Positions 18,683-28,208 of a stretch of 64,000 bases of DNA are shown here, one piece after another. Position 1 is the stretch's first letter, and each line of letters opens with the position of its first letter. The position numbers and the translations under genes are program-made. The DNA is taken from positions 1 through 64,000 of the forward strand of contig CAVVKJ010000007.1 of NCBI GenBank assembly GCA_963748815.1. Direction: 5' to 3'. The stretch is from an uncultured Gemmatimonadales bacterium (GTDB lineage: Bacteria; Gemmatimonadota; Gemmatimonadetes; Gemmatimonadales; GWC2-71-9). Under the pieces are notes generated by a model. It ran no database searches. It worked only from the letters and a program-made list of their open reading frames with translations, and was not told the DNA's origin.

Positions 18683-20892
18683 CTCGCTTCCCGGCCTGTT
18701 CGCCCCGGGACCTTCGGCCCGCCCCGACGCCGTCGCGCGGGCCATCGCGGCGACACTCGCCCCCCCACGGGCCTCGGACGCGGCGCCATCGTGGCTGGAC
18801 CCGTCGCAGGCGGATGCCTTCGGGGTGCTGCTCCACGCCCTGAGACAGCATGGCGCCGTGCTCTGCGCCGATCCTGTCGGCAGCGGGAAGACCTTCCTGG
18901 CGCTGGCCCTCGCGCAGGCGTTTCCCGGCGACCCGACCGTGTGCATCGTCCCGCCAGCGCTGCAGCAGCAATGGAGGGACACAGCGCGGCGATTGGGCGT
19001 CGAGATCTCCGTCTGGTCGCATGCCCGACTCTCCCGAGGCCACCGCCCGACGGGCGACCCCCCACTCGTCGTCATTGATGAGAGCCACCACTTTCGACAC
19101 CCCGCCATTCGGCGGTATCGCACGCTGGCGCCCTGGCTGATCGGCCGGCACGTCCTGCTGCTGAGCGCCACGCCGATCGTCAATCGGCCGGCCGACCTCT
19201 ACCACCAGCTGCACCTCGGCCTCCGGGACGATGCCCTGACCGATGACGGAGCCGCATCGCTCCGGGCGGCGTTCGACCGTGATGCGGTCCCCGCTGCGCT
19301 CGGGCGGTTCGTCATCCAGCGGACGGTCCCCGACTGCTTGCCCCTGCGGCGCGAGCGGGCCGAGGTCGTGGCGAGTGGGGCCACCCGCTTTCTCCCTGCG
19401 CTCGACGCACTCGGACTTTCCGGTCATCCGGAGGTCGCCGCGCTGGTGCGGGGCGTCCTCCTGCACGCCGCCGCGTCGAGTCCCGCCGCGCTGCATGCGT
19501 CGCTGCGCCGATACCGACTCCTGCTCCTCCAGGCGCACGACGCGCTCACGGCCGGCATCCCTCCGGATCGGCGGACGTTGCGGCGGTTCGCCGGCAGGTC
19601 GCCCGAACAGCTCGTGATGTGGTCGCTCCTGCCGGGCGCCGACTCCGATGCGGAGCTCCGCCTCGACGACCTGCCCGCGGTCGAAGCCCTCCTTGCCGAG
19701 GCGCGACAGGCCGTTGATCGACCCGACCCCAAGTCGATCCGCCTCAGGGAAGTGCTCAGCGATCAAGCGCGGACCCTGGTCTATGTCACCGCTCGCGAGA
19801 CGGTCACTCTACCTGCGCAGACACCTCCCCGACCGATGGCTGGCCTGGTGCAGCGGCCAGGGTGCCGGGATCGGGAGTACATACCTGCCGCGGGAGGATG
19901 TCCTCCGATGGTTCCGGCCGAACGCGCCAGACTACCCTCCCGGCATACCCGGGCGGCCCACGACGCTGTTGACGACCGACGTGACCGCCGAGGGGCTCGA
20001 CCTGCAAGGGGCGGGACGAGTGGTTCACTACGACCTCCCGTGGACGGAGGTCCGGATCGCGCAACGAGATGGCCGCGCCGTGCGCCGTGGCTCGACACGG
20101 CCGGTGGTGGATATCGTGCGATTCCTTCCGGAGAGCGGCCTTGAAGCGCGGCTTCATCAACTTGAGATGTTGAGGGACAAGGCAGCGCTTCCACACCGGT
20201 ACGGTCTCGGCACGAACGGGCGACCAATGTGGCGATGGCGTCGGGAACTGGCCGAGGAACTGGGCAGCGCCGAATCAGGAGGGCACTGCTGCGTGGCATC
20301 CGACTGGGAGGGGGCGTTGGCAGGGGTCGCGCTGGACCGGGACGGCATGTCGGTGTTGTCCACGGTCTTCTTGCGGGAAGGTGGAGGCGCATGGGAGACC
20401 GACCCCGAGGCGATCCGACAGCGCCTTCGCGAGGCCGCGCAGGCCGCATCCTGCCCGCTTCCCTGCAGTGCCGAACTGGATCTGGCGGTCGCGTCGCTGG
20501 TCCCGGTCGTCCGGTCGCTGCTTCGGACGGCCTCGTCGGCTCGGGCTTCCGGCGTCCCTCCGAAGCCCGCCGCGCTTGCACTTGGGCGACGACTTCGACG
20601 GATCGCCGTCAGCGCGGCGCGGAAGCGAGACACCGCTCTCCTGAGTCTTCTGGAGGCTGCGCTCCGCTTCACCACAGGGGGCCACACGGCGGGGGAAGAA
20701 ATGCTAGTCGAGTCTCTTTCGGCCTGCGTCGACGCCGACCTGGTCCCGCGCTTGGCCCAGCTGCCCACAGCGCCACCATTGGCCGCGCCCCTTCGGGCCC
20801 GGTTGACGGGAGTCGTCCTCTTCCGGCCCGAGGGCACGGCCCCCGCGCCCCCGCTCCCCGTCGCGGCTTGCGGCGCCATGAACTTCGGGTAG
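18573..20892 (+). CDS. SNF2-like superfamily 2 helicase; apparent +1 frameshift near 19806, start uncertain
   Basis: First frame: ADPVGSGKT, VIDESHH and LLLSATPIVN. Second frame: TDVTAEGLDLQ, VHYDLPW and QRDGRAVR. Overlaps the methyltransferase 3' end. Confidence 0.8.
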
Positions 20893-20958
20893 GTTGGCGC
20901 GTGGGTGAGCGCATCCGCGCACCGCCCGATCCCGCACACACCACTTTCGGAGGAACCG

Positions 20959-21402
20959 ATGCGTCGAGTCGCGATGGTGTACGCCCTCGTCCTGATGGCT
21001 GCCTGTTCGAAGCCCGAGACACCACCGGCGGCGGAGATGCCCGCGGCTCCGGCCCTCAACCTGGCCGATCTGGCCGGCACATGGACGTCCCAGACAACGT
21101 CTCCGGGAAGTGACAGCGTGCTGGTCACCTCGACGATCGTGGCCTCCGCGGACCCACTGGCCTGGACCATCACGTTGCCTGGCCGCGAGGCGATGCCAAT
21201 GAACGTCACCGTGTCGGGCGACAGCCTCCTGACCGCTGCCGGGCCGTACGAGAGCGTGCTGCGCGCTGGCGTCCAGGTCTCCACCTCCGGCGTGCTTCGT
21301 CTGGTCAACGGCCAGCTTACCGGCCCGATGGTCGCCCACTACACCACGGCGGGCGCCGATTCGGTGCTTAACCTCTGGACCACGGCCACCCGGGCGCCGT
21401 AG
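20959..21402 (+). CDS. Hypothetical lipoprotein
   Basis: GGAGGA RBS, MRRVAMVYALVLMAAC lipobox, beta-rich body. Confidence 0.7.
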   Translation: MRRVAMVYALVLMAACSKPETPPAAEMPAAPALNLADLAGTWTSQTTSPGSDSVLVTSTIVASADPLAWTITLPGREAMPMNVTVSGDSLLTAAGPYESVLRAGVQVSTSGVLRLVNGQLTGPMVAHYTTAGADSVLNLWTTATRAP

Positions 21403-21486
21403 GGGCCACACAGACCGATGAGGTCAGCGGGGGCGCGCCGGTGTACCGGTGCGCCCCCTGAGTTTCGACCACCCGAGGAGTCCCGG

Positions 21487-21864
21487 ATGCCGAGTCTCCG
21501 TGCCTGCGCTGCACCGCTGCTTGCCGCGAGCCTGGCGGCGTGCACGTACTGGCAGACGGTGACGACGCCGCTTCCCGAACTGACGGGCGGCGACAACCCG
21601 CCAGCCCTCGTTCGGGTCATGACGGTCTTTGACGAGGAATTTGAGCTGACCGACCCCCGGGTCCACAACGACACGCTGATCGGCGGGTCGATACCGGAGG
21701 AGATCTGGACCTACATCGCCCTGTCGGATATCACCAGCGTGTCCATCAAGAAGAAGAGCGTGCTGCGCGCGGCGGGGGCGGTGGTGCTGGTGGCGGGAAT
21801 CGTCACCGCCATTGTCCTCCTCTGCGAGGATCCGGAGGCGTGCACCGACGCGCTGGAGGAGTAG
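21487..21864 (+). CDS. Hypothetical lipoprotein with C-terminal membrane helix
   Basis: GAGGAG RBS, LAAC lipobox, hydrophobic C-terminal segment. Confidence 0.65.
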   Translation: MPSLRACAAPLLAASLAACTYWQTVTTPLPELTGGDNPPALVRVMTVFDEEFELTDPRVHNDTLIGGSIPEEIWTYIALSDITSVSIKKKSVLRAAGAVVLVAGIVTAIVLLCEDPEACTDALEE

Positions 21865-21896
21865 TCTCTCCCCGCCGCCCCTGCTACTTTCTCCCC

Positions 21897-22544
21897 ATGC
21901 CACCACTCAAGACCGTCCTGTTCGACCTCGACGGGACCCTCATCGACTCGATCCAGCTGATCATCGACTCCTACCACCACACGCTCGAAGTGCACGGCAT
22001 TCCGCCGCGCACGGACAAGGAGTGGCTCGATGGCATCGGTACCCCGCTCCGGGTACAGTTTGCCGAGTGGGCGCACGACGAGCCGCAGATGGAGGCCATG
22101 ATCGCCACCTACCGCGACTACAACATCCACCACCACGACAGTCGCGTGACCGTGTATCCGGGCGTCGTGGAGATGGTCCAGGCCGTGCGAGCGGCCGGGT
22201 GCCGGACCGGGATCGTCACGAGCAAGAACCGGGTCGGCGCCTACCGCGGCCTCCGGCTGGCCGGGCTGGACCAGGCGATGGATGTCGTGATCGGTGCCGA
22301 CGACGTGGTCAACCCCAAGCCCCACCGGGAACCGGTGGACCTTGCGGTGGCGCACCTCGGGGCTAACCCCGCCACGACGGTGTACGTGGGCGACAGCATC
22401 CACGACATGCACTCCGGAAAGAGCGCCGGTGTGCGGACCGCCGCCGTCCTCTGGGGGCCGTTCGGGCGCCCTGAGCTCGAGCCGGCCGATCCGGATCACT
22501 GGCTCGACCACCCCCGGGAATTGGTAACTCTTCTCACCACTTAG
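21897..22544 (+). CDS. HAD-family hydrolase (PpaX/phosphoglycolate phosphatase-like)
   Basis: FDLDGTLIDS, IVTSK, KPHREP and YVGDSIHD motifs. Confidence 0.88.
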   Translation: MPPLKTVLFDLDGTLIDSIQLIIDSYHHTLEVHGIPPRTDKEWLDGIGTPLRVQFAEWAHDEPQMEAMIATYRDYNIHHHDSRVTVYPGVVEMVQAVRAAGCRTGIVTSKNRVGAYRGLRLAGLDQAMDVVIGADDVVNPKPHREPVDLAVAHLGANPATTVYVGDSIHDMHSGKSAGVRTAAVLWGPFGRPELEPADPDHWLDHPRELVTLLTT

Positions 22545-22655
22545 CCTTACCGCTCAGCCGAAAATCCGGTGGCCGCGGATCATCTTGCGGCGGTCGCCGG
22601 CCGCCTTATCTTCCGCCCGGGCAGTTCGTTACCAGAACTTTACCGGGATGTTGCA

Positions 22656-23276
22656 ATGCGCCTCCTGCCGCGGGACGAACGGTTCTTCGACCTCTTCACC
22701 AGGGTCGCCACCCTCAACGTCGAAGCCGCCAAGCAGCTGAAGGTCCTGCTGGGCACCGAAATGGACCGGCGCCTCCCGATCGTGGAGTCCATCAAGCGGC
22801 TGGAGCATGAGGCCGACCTCATCACCCACGAGGTGGTGACCCGGCTCGACCGATCCTTCATCACCCCCCTCGATCGCGAAGACATCCACACCCTGGCTTC
22901 CCGGCTCGACGACGTGATGGACCTGATGGACGGGTGCGCCCGCAAGGTGCAGGTGTTCCACGCCGGCGATGCGCCCAAGGGGGCCATCCTCCTGGCCGAG
23001 ACGATCGTGGGCGCCACCGAGAAGCTGCTGGTCGGGGTGCAGCACCTGGACAAGTCGAAGAACAATGAAGTGCTCGAGGCCTGCATCGCCGTGAAGGGGA
23101 TGGAGGAAGATGGCGACGCCATCTACCACCACTGGGTCGGCGAGCTGTTCAAGGGCAACCCCGATCCGCTCCTCGTCATCCGCTGGAAGGAGATCTACGA
23201 CACGCTGGAGAAGACCCTCGACTACGCCGAGGATGTCGCCAACGTGCTCGAGTCCATCTTCATCAAGCACGCCTGA
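22656..23276 (+). CDS. DUF47 Pit accessory/phosphate transport regulator
   Basis: LEHEAD, FITPLDREDI and EEDGD motifs; directly upstream of pit. Confidence 0.9.
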   Translation: MRLLPRDERFFDLFTRVATLNVEAAKQLKVLLGTEMDRRLPIVESIKRLEHEADLITHEVVTRLDRSFITPLDREDIHTLASRLDDVMDLMDGCARKVQVFHAGDAPKGAILLAETIVGATEKLLVGVQHLDKSKNNEVLEACIAVKGMEEDGDAIYHHWVGELFKGNPDPLLVIRWKEIYDTLEKTLDYAEDVANVLESIFIKHA

Positions 23277-23278
23277 CC

Positions 23279-24307
23279 GTGGAAGCCTCCATCGGGTTCG
23301 TCATCGCCATTATCGGGGTGGCGCTGGTCTTCGACTTCATCAACGGCTTCCACGACAGCGCCAATTCCATCGCGACCGTCGTGTCGACCCGGGTGCTCAC
23401 GCCTGGCGTGGCCGTGGTCTGGGCTGCATTCTTCAACTTCATCGCCGCCTTCGTGGTCGGAACCGCCGTCGCCAAGACCATCGGCAAGGGCCTCATCCAC
23501 CCCTCGGCGGTGGACGCCAACGTCATCCTCGCCGCGCTGCTCGGCGCCATCGTCTGGAACCTCATTACCTGGTGGCTGGGACTTCCGAGTTCGTCGAGCC
23601 ACGCACTTCTCGGCGGCTATGGCGGCGCGGCGGTGGCCAAGGCCGGCGCCGGCGCCATCATCGCCTCGGGGTGGGTCAAGCCGATTCTCTTCATCGTCAT
23701 CTCCCCGATGCTGGGCATGGCGCTTGGCCTCGGGCTCACCGTGGCGCTCTCCTGGGCCTTGCGCAACCAGAGTCCCGGCCCGATGGACAAGCTCTTCCGG
23801 CGATTGCAGCTGGTGTCCGCCGCGCTCTACTCGCTGAGCCACGGCGCCAACGACGCCCAGAAGACGATGGGTATCATCGTGGGACTCCTCGTGGCCACCC
23901 AGGCGCTCTTCCTGGAGCAGACCGGCTGGTTGCATCATCTCTACCTTCCCAATGCCGACCACATCCCGATGTGGATCGTCCTCATCGCGCATACCGCCAT
24001 CGCGCTCGGGACCGGGATGGGTGGCTGGCGGATCGTCAAGACGATGGGCACACGCATCACCAAGCTCCGTCCCTTCGGCGGCTTCTGTGCGGAAACGGCG
24101 GGCGGCATCTCCGTCATGCTCGCGTCGTCGATGGGCATCCCGGTCAGCACCACGCACACCATCACCGGCGCCATCGTCGGCGTCGGCTCGGCCAGCCGGC
24201 TCAGCGCGGTGCGCTGGGGGGTGGCCGGCACCATCGTCTGGGCCTGGATTCTCACCATCCCGATGAGCGCCGCCATCGCCGGGCTGACCTACCTCGCACT
24301 GCGCTGA
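23279..24307 (+). CDS. pit: Inorganic phosphate transporter (PiT family)
   Basis: NGFHDSAN, GLPSSSSH, HGANDAQK and PVSTTH signatures. Confidence 0.93.
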   Translation: MEASIGFVIAIIGVALVFDFINGFHDSANSIATVVSTRVLTPGVAVVWAAFFNFIAAFVVGTAVAKTIGKGLIHPSAVDANVILAALLGAIVWNLITWWLGLPSSSSHALLGGYGGAAVAKAGAGAIIASGWVKPILFIVISPMLGMALGLGLTVALSWALRNQSPGPMDKLFRRLQLVSAALYSLSHGANDAQKTMGIIVGLLVATQALFLEQTGWLHHLYLPNADHIPMWIVLIAHTAIALGTGMGGWRIVKTMGTRITKLRPFGGFCAETAGGISVMLASSMGIPVSTTHTITGAIVGVGSASRLSAVRWGVAGTIVWAWILTIPMSAAIAGLTYLALR

Positions 24308-24350
24308 GCGGCGCCGCGCGAGATCGCGCGGCTCCCGACTATTCTTCTGC

Positions 24351-24965
24351 ATGCGTCCGCATGCGCTTCTCCTCGCGGCAGGCTCCTCCACCCGGTTCGG
24401 CAGCAACAAGCTGCTCGCGCTCTGGCGCGGCCGCCCGCTGCTCAGCCACGTGATCGGCACCGTCACGACGCTGCGCGACCGGGGCGTGGTTTCCGGCGCC
24501 ACCGCCGTGGTCCAGGACGGGGATGAGCCGGCCGCCGCGCTGCTCCGGCAGGCAGGGATCCGGGTGATCTGGAACGAGCACGCCGACCAGGGGATGGCCG
24601 GCTCCCTCCAGCTTGGCCTCCGAGCCCTCTCAATTCTCACCCCGCAGCCCGAGGCGGCCCTCATCTTCCTGGCCGACCAGCCCGCCGCGCCCGCCGAAGC
24701 GGCGGAGGAAGTCGTGCGCGCCTGGGAACTGGGTGGCAGCGCCGTCGTCCGACCCCGATACGCTTGCTCGCCGGACGAACCGGGCCATCCGGTGCTCCTG
24801 GACCGGGACGCCTGGGGACTCGCCGAGCGGATCACCGGCGACCAGGGCCTGGGCCGCGCCCTCTCCGGCACGCCCGCGATGGTGCTCCACGTGGACGTCG
24901 ACGGGGCGAACCCCGACGTGGACATTCCGGCCGACCTCTCCCGCCTCGACGCGCCGCCGCGATGA
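24351..24965 (+). CDS. mocA: Molybdenum cofactor cytidylyltransferase-like nucleotidyltransferase
   Basis: LLAAGSSTRFGSNKLL, GMAGSL, LADQP, GHPVL, GDQG and DVDIPAD motifs. Confidence 0.8.
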   Translation: MRPHALLLAAGSSTRFGSNKLLALWRGRPLLSHVIGTVTTLRDRGVVSGATAVVQDGDEPAAALLRQAGIRVIWNEHADQGMAGSLQLGLRALSILTPQPEAALIFLADQPAAPAEAAEEVVRAWELGGSAVVRPRYACSPDEPGHPVLLDRDAWGLAERITGDQGLGRALSGTPAMVLHVDVDGANPDVDIPADLSRLDAPPR

Positions 24966-26488
24966 TCTTCGAGTTTGGCGGCACGCCGGAGCTGGCCTCT
25001 CCACGCGAGGCGGTCTGGCGTCACCTGCAGGATGGCGACCTGATGGCGGCGTGCACGCCCGGCGCCGAGGCGTTCGAGGTGCGCGGCCCGGGCAGGTATT
25101 CGGTCACATGCAGCGTGGGATCCGGGCTGGTGCGGGTGCATGTCGTGCTCGAAGCCGAATTGCACGACCTCCAGCATCCCGAGAGCCTCCGACTCCGCGC
25201 CACCGGCACCGCGCCCGGCTCGACCCTGGACGTGGAGACCCTCGTGCGGCTCGAGTCGCTCGAGGCCGAGCGCACCCGCCTCAGTTGGAGTTCGGTGACC
25301 GGAGTCCACGGCATGCTCGCCGGATTCGGGCGGGGCATGGTGGAGGAGGTGCTCCGGCAGTTCACAGAAAAGTTCTGGACGAACGTCGCGGCCCACATCG
25401 CGGCCGCTCCCCGAAGCGGCGCGTACCTGTTGGATGCAGACGCGCTGCGCGCACTGCGAAGCGAGACGATCGAGGGAGCAGTCCTGCTGGCGGGCTGCGA
25501 GGTTGGAGGTCGCCCCCTGCCCAAGGGGCACCGGCTCAGCCTTGAAGAAGCGACCGCCCTGCGGGCAGCCGCCGAATCAGGGCTGATCGGGCCGGTGCGG
25601 ATGGCCTGGATTGGGGCGCACGAGCTCCACGAGGCGGACGCCGCCGACCTGCTCGCGCGGGCGGCCGCCGGAGATGGGATCGCTCTCGGGCCGGCGCACC
25701 AGGGACGCGTCGACCTGACTGCCGCCCACCGGGGTGTCCTGACCATTGCTCACGAGGGGCTGGAGCGCATCAACGCGATCGACCCGATCGAGCTCTTTAC
25801 CCGATGGAACCACCAGCCGGTCGAGTCCGGCGATCTGGTGGCGAGCGTCAAGACTGCTCCTCACGTCGTCCAGCGATGCGTCGTCGACGAGGGCGTGCGC
25901 CTGGCTGCGGAACATCGGCCCCTTATCTCGGTGCGACCGTATGCCGGCGTGGCCGTGGCCGCGATCGCCGCGGAGGCGCTCCCTGCCGCGGCCCTCGATC
26001 GGTTCGTGGCGGCCGCCCGGATTCGTGCGGAATCGCTGGGTGGAGGCTTTCTCGGCTTCGAAGAGATCGCCTCGGACGGCCCGACCCCCGTCCTTGAGCG
26101 CGCCCGGGCCGCCCTGGAGGAGTTCGCCCTGCGGAGGCAAGCCGGCCTGCTGTTGATTGGCGGGGTCTCTGCCGGTGACCCCTTGGCACCCCTCTTCGCA
26201 GCGATCGAGGTGCTGGGCGGCGAAGTCTTCCGTCGAGGCGTCCCCGCTCATCCCGGGTCGATGCTCTGGCTGGGCCGCCTCGGCGCCACCCAGTTGCTCG
26301 GACTCCCCCGCTGCGGCGCCTTCAGCATGGCGACCGCCGCCGACCTGCTGCTGCCGCGGCTCATGACCGGCGAGCAATTGACCGCGGCGTCGATCGCCTC
26401 CCTGGGGCACGGGGGGATCCTCGGGCGGGAAATGCGGTCCCGCTTCCCGGCATATGCGCGAGACCTGCCCGAGCCGGTCGCCTCTTGA
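24962..26488 (+). CDS. CoxG (SRPBCC) domain fused to molybdopterin-binding (MoeA/MoCF_biosynth-like) domain
   Basis: First ~140 aa CoxG-like (REAVWRHLQD..MAACTPG). Remainder has KGHRL, LHEADAA, GRVDL.A...G and GVPAHPGSMLWLG..LGLPRCG..LLLPRL. ATGA overlap with mocA. Confidence 0.75.
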   Translation: MIFEFGGTPELASPREAVWRHLQDGDLMAACTPGAEAFEVRGPGRYSVTCSVGSGLVRVHVVLEAELHDLQHPESLRLRATGTAPGSTLDVETLVRLESLEAERTRLSWSSVTGVHGMLAGFGRGMVEEVLRQFTEKFWTNVAAHIAAAPRSGAYLLDADALRALRSETIEGAVLLAGCEVGGRPLPKGHRLSLEEATALRAAAESGLIGPVRMAWIGAHELHEADAADLLARAAAGDGIALGPAHQGRVDLTAAHRGVLTIAHEGLERINAIDPIELFTRWNHQPVESGDLVASVKTAPHVVQRCVVDEGVRLAAEHRPLISVRPYAGVAVAAIAAEALPAAALDRFVAAARIRAESLGGGFLGFEEIASDGPTPVLERARAALEEFALRRQAGLLLIGGVSAGDPLAPLFAAIEVLGGEVFRRGVPAHPGSMLWLGRLGATQLLGLPRCGAFSMATAADLLLPRLMTGEQLTAASIASLGHGGILGREMRSRFPAYARDLPEPVAS

Positions 26489-26521
26489 CCTCCCCCTCGT
26501 GAAGCGGGTTATTAGAGCCTG

Positions 26522-28204
26522 ATGTCGCCTTCCTCCGTCGCTGACGAGCCCCGAACCGTCACCTCCTTCGAGGTGTACCAGACCCTGCCCCGGCAGAGTC
26601 TCTTCCGGCGCTTCCTGACAACCCAGCGGCACCTGTTCGGTCTGGTGTTCGGTGCCCTGTCGGTGGACATCGACCAGCGGAAAGGCACGCCGCGGGGACG
26701 GGGCCTGGGATTCTTCCTGGCCCGCCTGCTCAACCTCTTTACGCGCCCCTTCCTCGATCGCAAGCTCCGGGATCTACCGTTCCCGGTGCAGTTGCGCCGA
26801 CGGCTGGAGATGCTCGGCCCGACCTACATCAAGCTCGGCCAGATCCTCAGCCTGCGCGAAGACATCCTGCCGAAGTCGATCACCCATGAGCTGAAGCACC
26901 TGCTGGCGACCCTGCCGGCGGTTCCGTACCCGGCGTTCTGCGAATTGATCGTGCGCGGCCTCGGCCGGCCGCTCGACGAGATGTTCCTGAGCATCGACGA
27001 GGTCCCGCTGGGGTCCGCGTCCATCGGGCAGGTCCACCGCGCCACCACCCGGGACGGCGACCCCGTCATCATCAAGGTCGTCAAGCCCGGCATTCCGGCC
27101 ATCCTGCGCCGCGACGCGAAGCTGCTCGCGATGGCGGGGTGGATGCTGGAGCTTGCCTTCCCCCAGTACGGCCCGAAGCGGATCATCCGCGAATTTTCCG
27201 AGTACACGCTGCGCGAAGTGGACCTGCGCCGGGAAGCCGACAACGCCGAGACGTTTGCGGCCAACTTCTCGGACGAGCGCGACATCGTCTTCCCAAGGAT
27301 CTACCGGGAATTCAGCGACGAGCGGGTCCTGACGATGGAGTTCTTCGACGGGGGCCGGCCCGATTCGCGAAAGGTGCAAGCGATGTCGCTGGAGGACCGC
27401 GAGCGCCTCGTGGACCTGGGTGCCGAAGCGATCATCCGAATGATCTACAAGGACGGGTTCTTTCACGCCGACTTGCATCCCGGCAACCTGATCGTCTTGC
27501 CGGGGCCGCAGGCGGGGTTCATCGACCTCGGCATGGTGGGGCGGATGCACGACGAACTCCGCCGCACCCTCCTCTATTACTACTACGCGCTCGTCATGGG
27601 CGACGCGGAGAACGCGGCGCGATACCTCTCGGCGGCCGCCGAGCCGGGTCGCGGGGGCGACCCGGCCGGATTCCGCCGGGATGTGGCGGAAATCTCCACG
27701 CGCTGGCGCCGGAACTCGAATTTCGACAGCTTCTCCCTGGGCCAGCTGATCCTGGAGTCGGTCAGCCGGGGCGCGGAATACCGGATGTTCTTCCCGGTGG
27801 AAATGGTGCTGATGGTCAAGGCACTGGTCACCTTCGAGGGCGTCGGGCAGATGCTGCTGCCCGGCTTCGACGTGGCGGAGGTGTCCAAGAAGCACGTCCG
27901 GCGGGTGTTCATCCAGCAGTTCAGCCCGGTGCGGCTGGCGCAGGAGGGGCTCCGCGGCGCGCCGGACCTGGTGGACGCGCTGGTCAAGATGCCGCTCCTG
28001 ATCACCGAAGGCCTCCGGGTCATGGAGAAGACAGCGAAGCGGAGCAGCGAGAATCCGTTCGCGGGACTCCGCGGCACCCTGATTGCCGGGTTTTCTCTGG
28101 TGGCCGGCGCAATCATTCTCGGCTTCGTGGGTCCGCAGGCCTGGATGCTGTACGTGCCGTTCTTCGTGATCGCGCTGGTACTCGCGGTCCGCAAGGGGAA
28201 TTGA
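26522..28204 (+). CDS. ABC1/AarF/UbiB-family atypical kinase
   Basis: LGPTYIKLGQ, ASIGQVH, FFHADLHPGN and IDLGMVG motifs; C-terminal TM helices. Confidence 0.9.
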   Translation: MSPSSVADEPRTVTSFEVYQTLPRQSLFRRFLTTQRHLFGLVFGALSVDIDQRKGTPRGRGLGFFLARLLNLFTRPFLDRKLRDLPFPVQLRRRLEMLGPTYIKLGQILSLREDILPKSITHELKHLLATLPAVPYPAFCELIVRGLGRPLDEMFLSIDEVPLGSASIGQVHRATTRDGDPVIIKVVKPGIPAILRRDAKLLAMAGWMLELAFPQYGPKRIIREFSEYTLREVDLRREADNAETFAANFSDERDIVFPRIYREFSDERVLTMEFFDGGRPDSRKVQAMSLEDRERLVDLGAEAIIRMIYKDGFFHADLHPGNLIVLPGPQAGFIDLGMVGRMHDELRRTLLYYYYALVMGDAENAARYLSAAAEPGRGGDPAGFRRDVAEISTRWRRNSNFDSFSLGQLILESVSRGAEYRMFFPVEMVLMVKALVTFEGVGQMLLPGFDVAEVSKKHVRRVFIQQFSPVRLAQEGLRGAPDLVDALVKMPLLITEGLRVMEKTAKRSSENPFAGLRGTLIAGFSLVAGAIILGFVGPQAWMLYVPFFVIALVLAVRKGN

Positions 28205-28208
28205 CGCG

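Noticed and set aside
16043..19183. 1046-aa minus-strand ORF
   Set aside because: Antisense to the methyltransferase and helicase, which carry the real motifs.
15638..20892. Calling the MTase-helicase pair DISARM or BREX
   Set aside because: No drmA/B/C, pglZ or brxC neighbours in the window.
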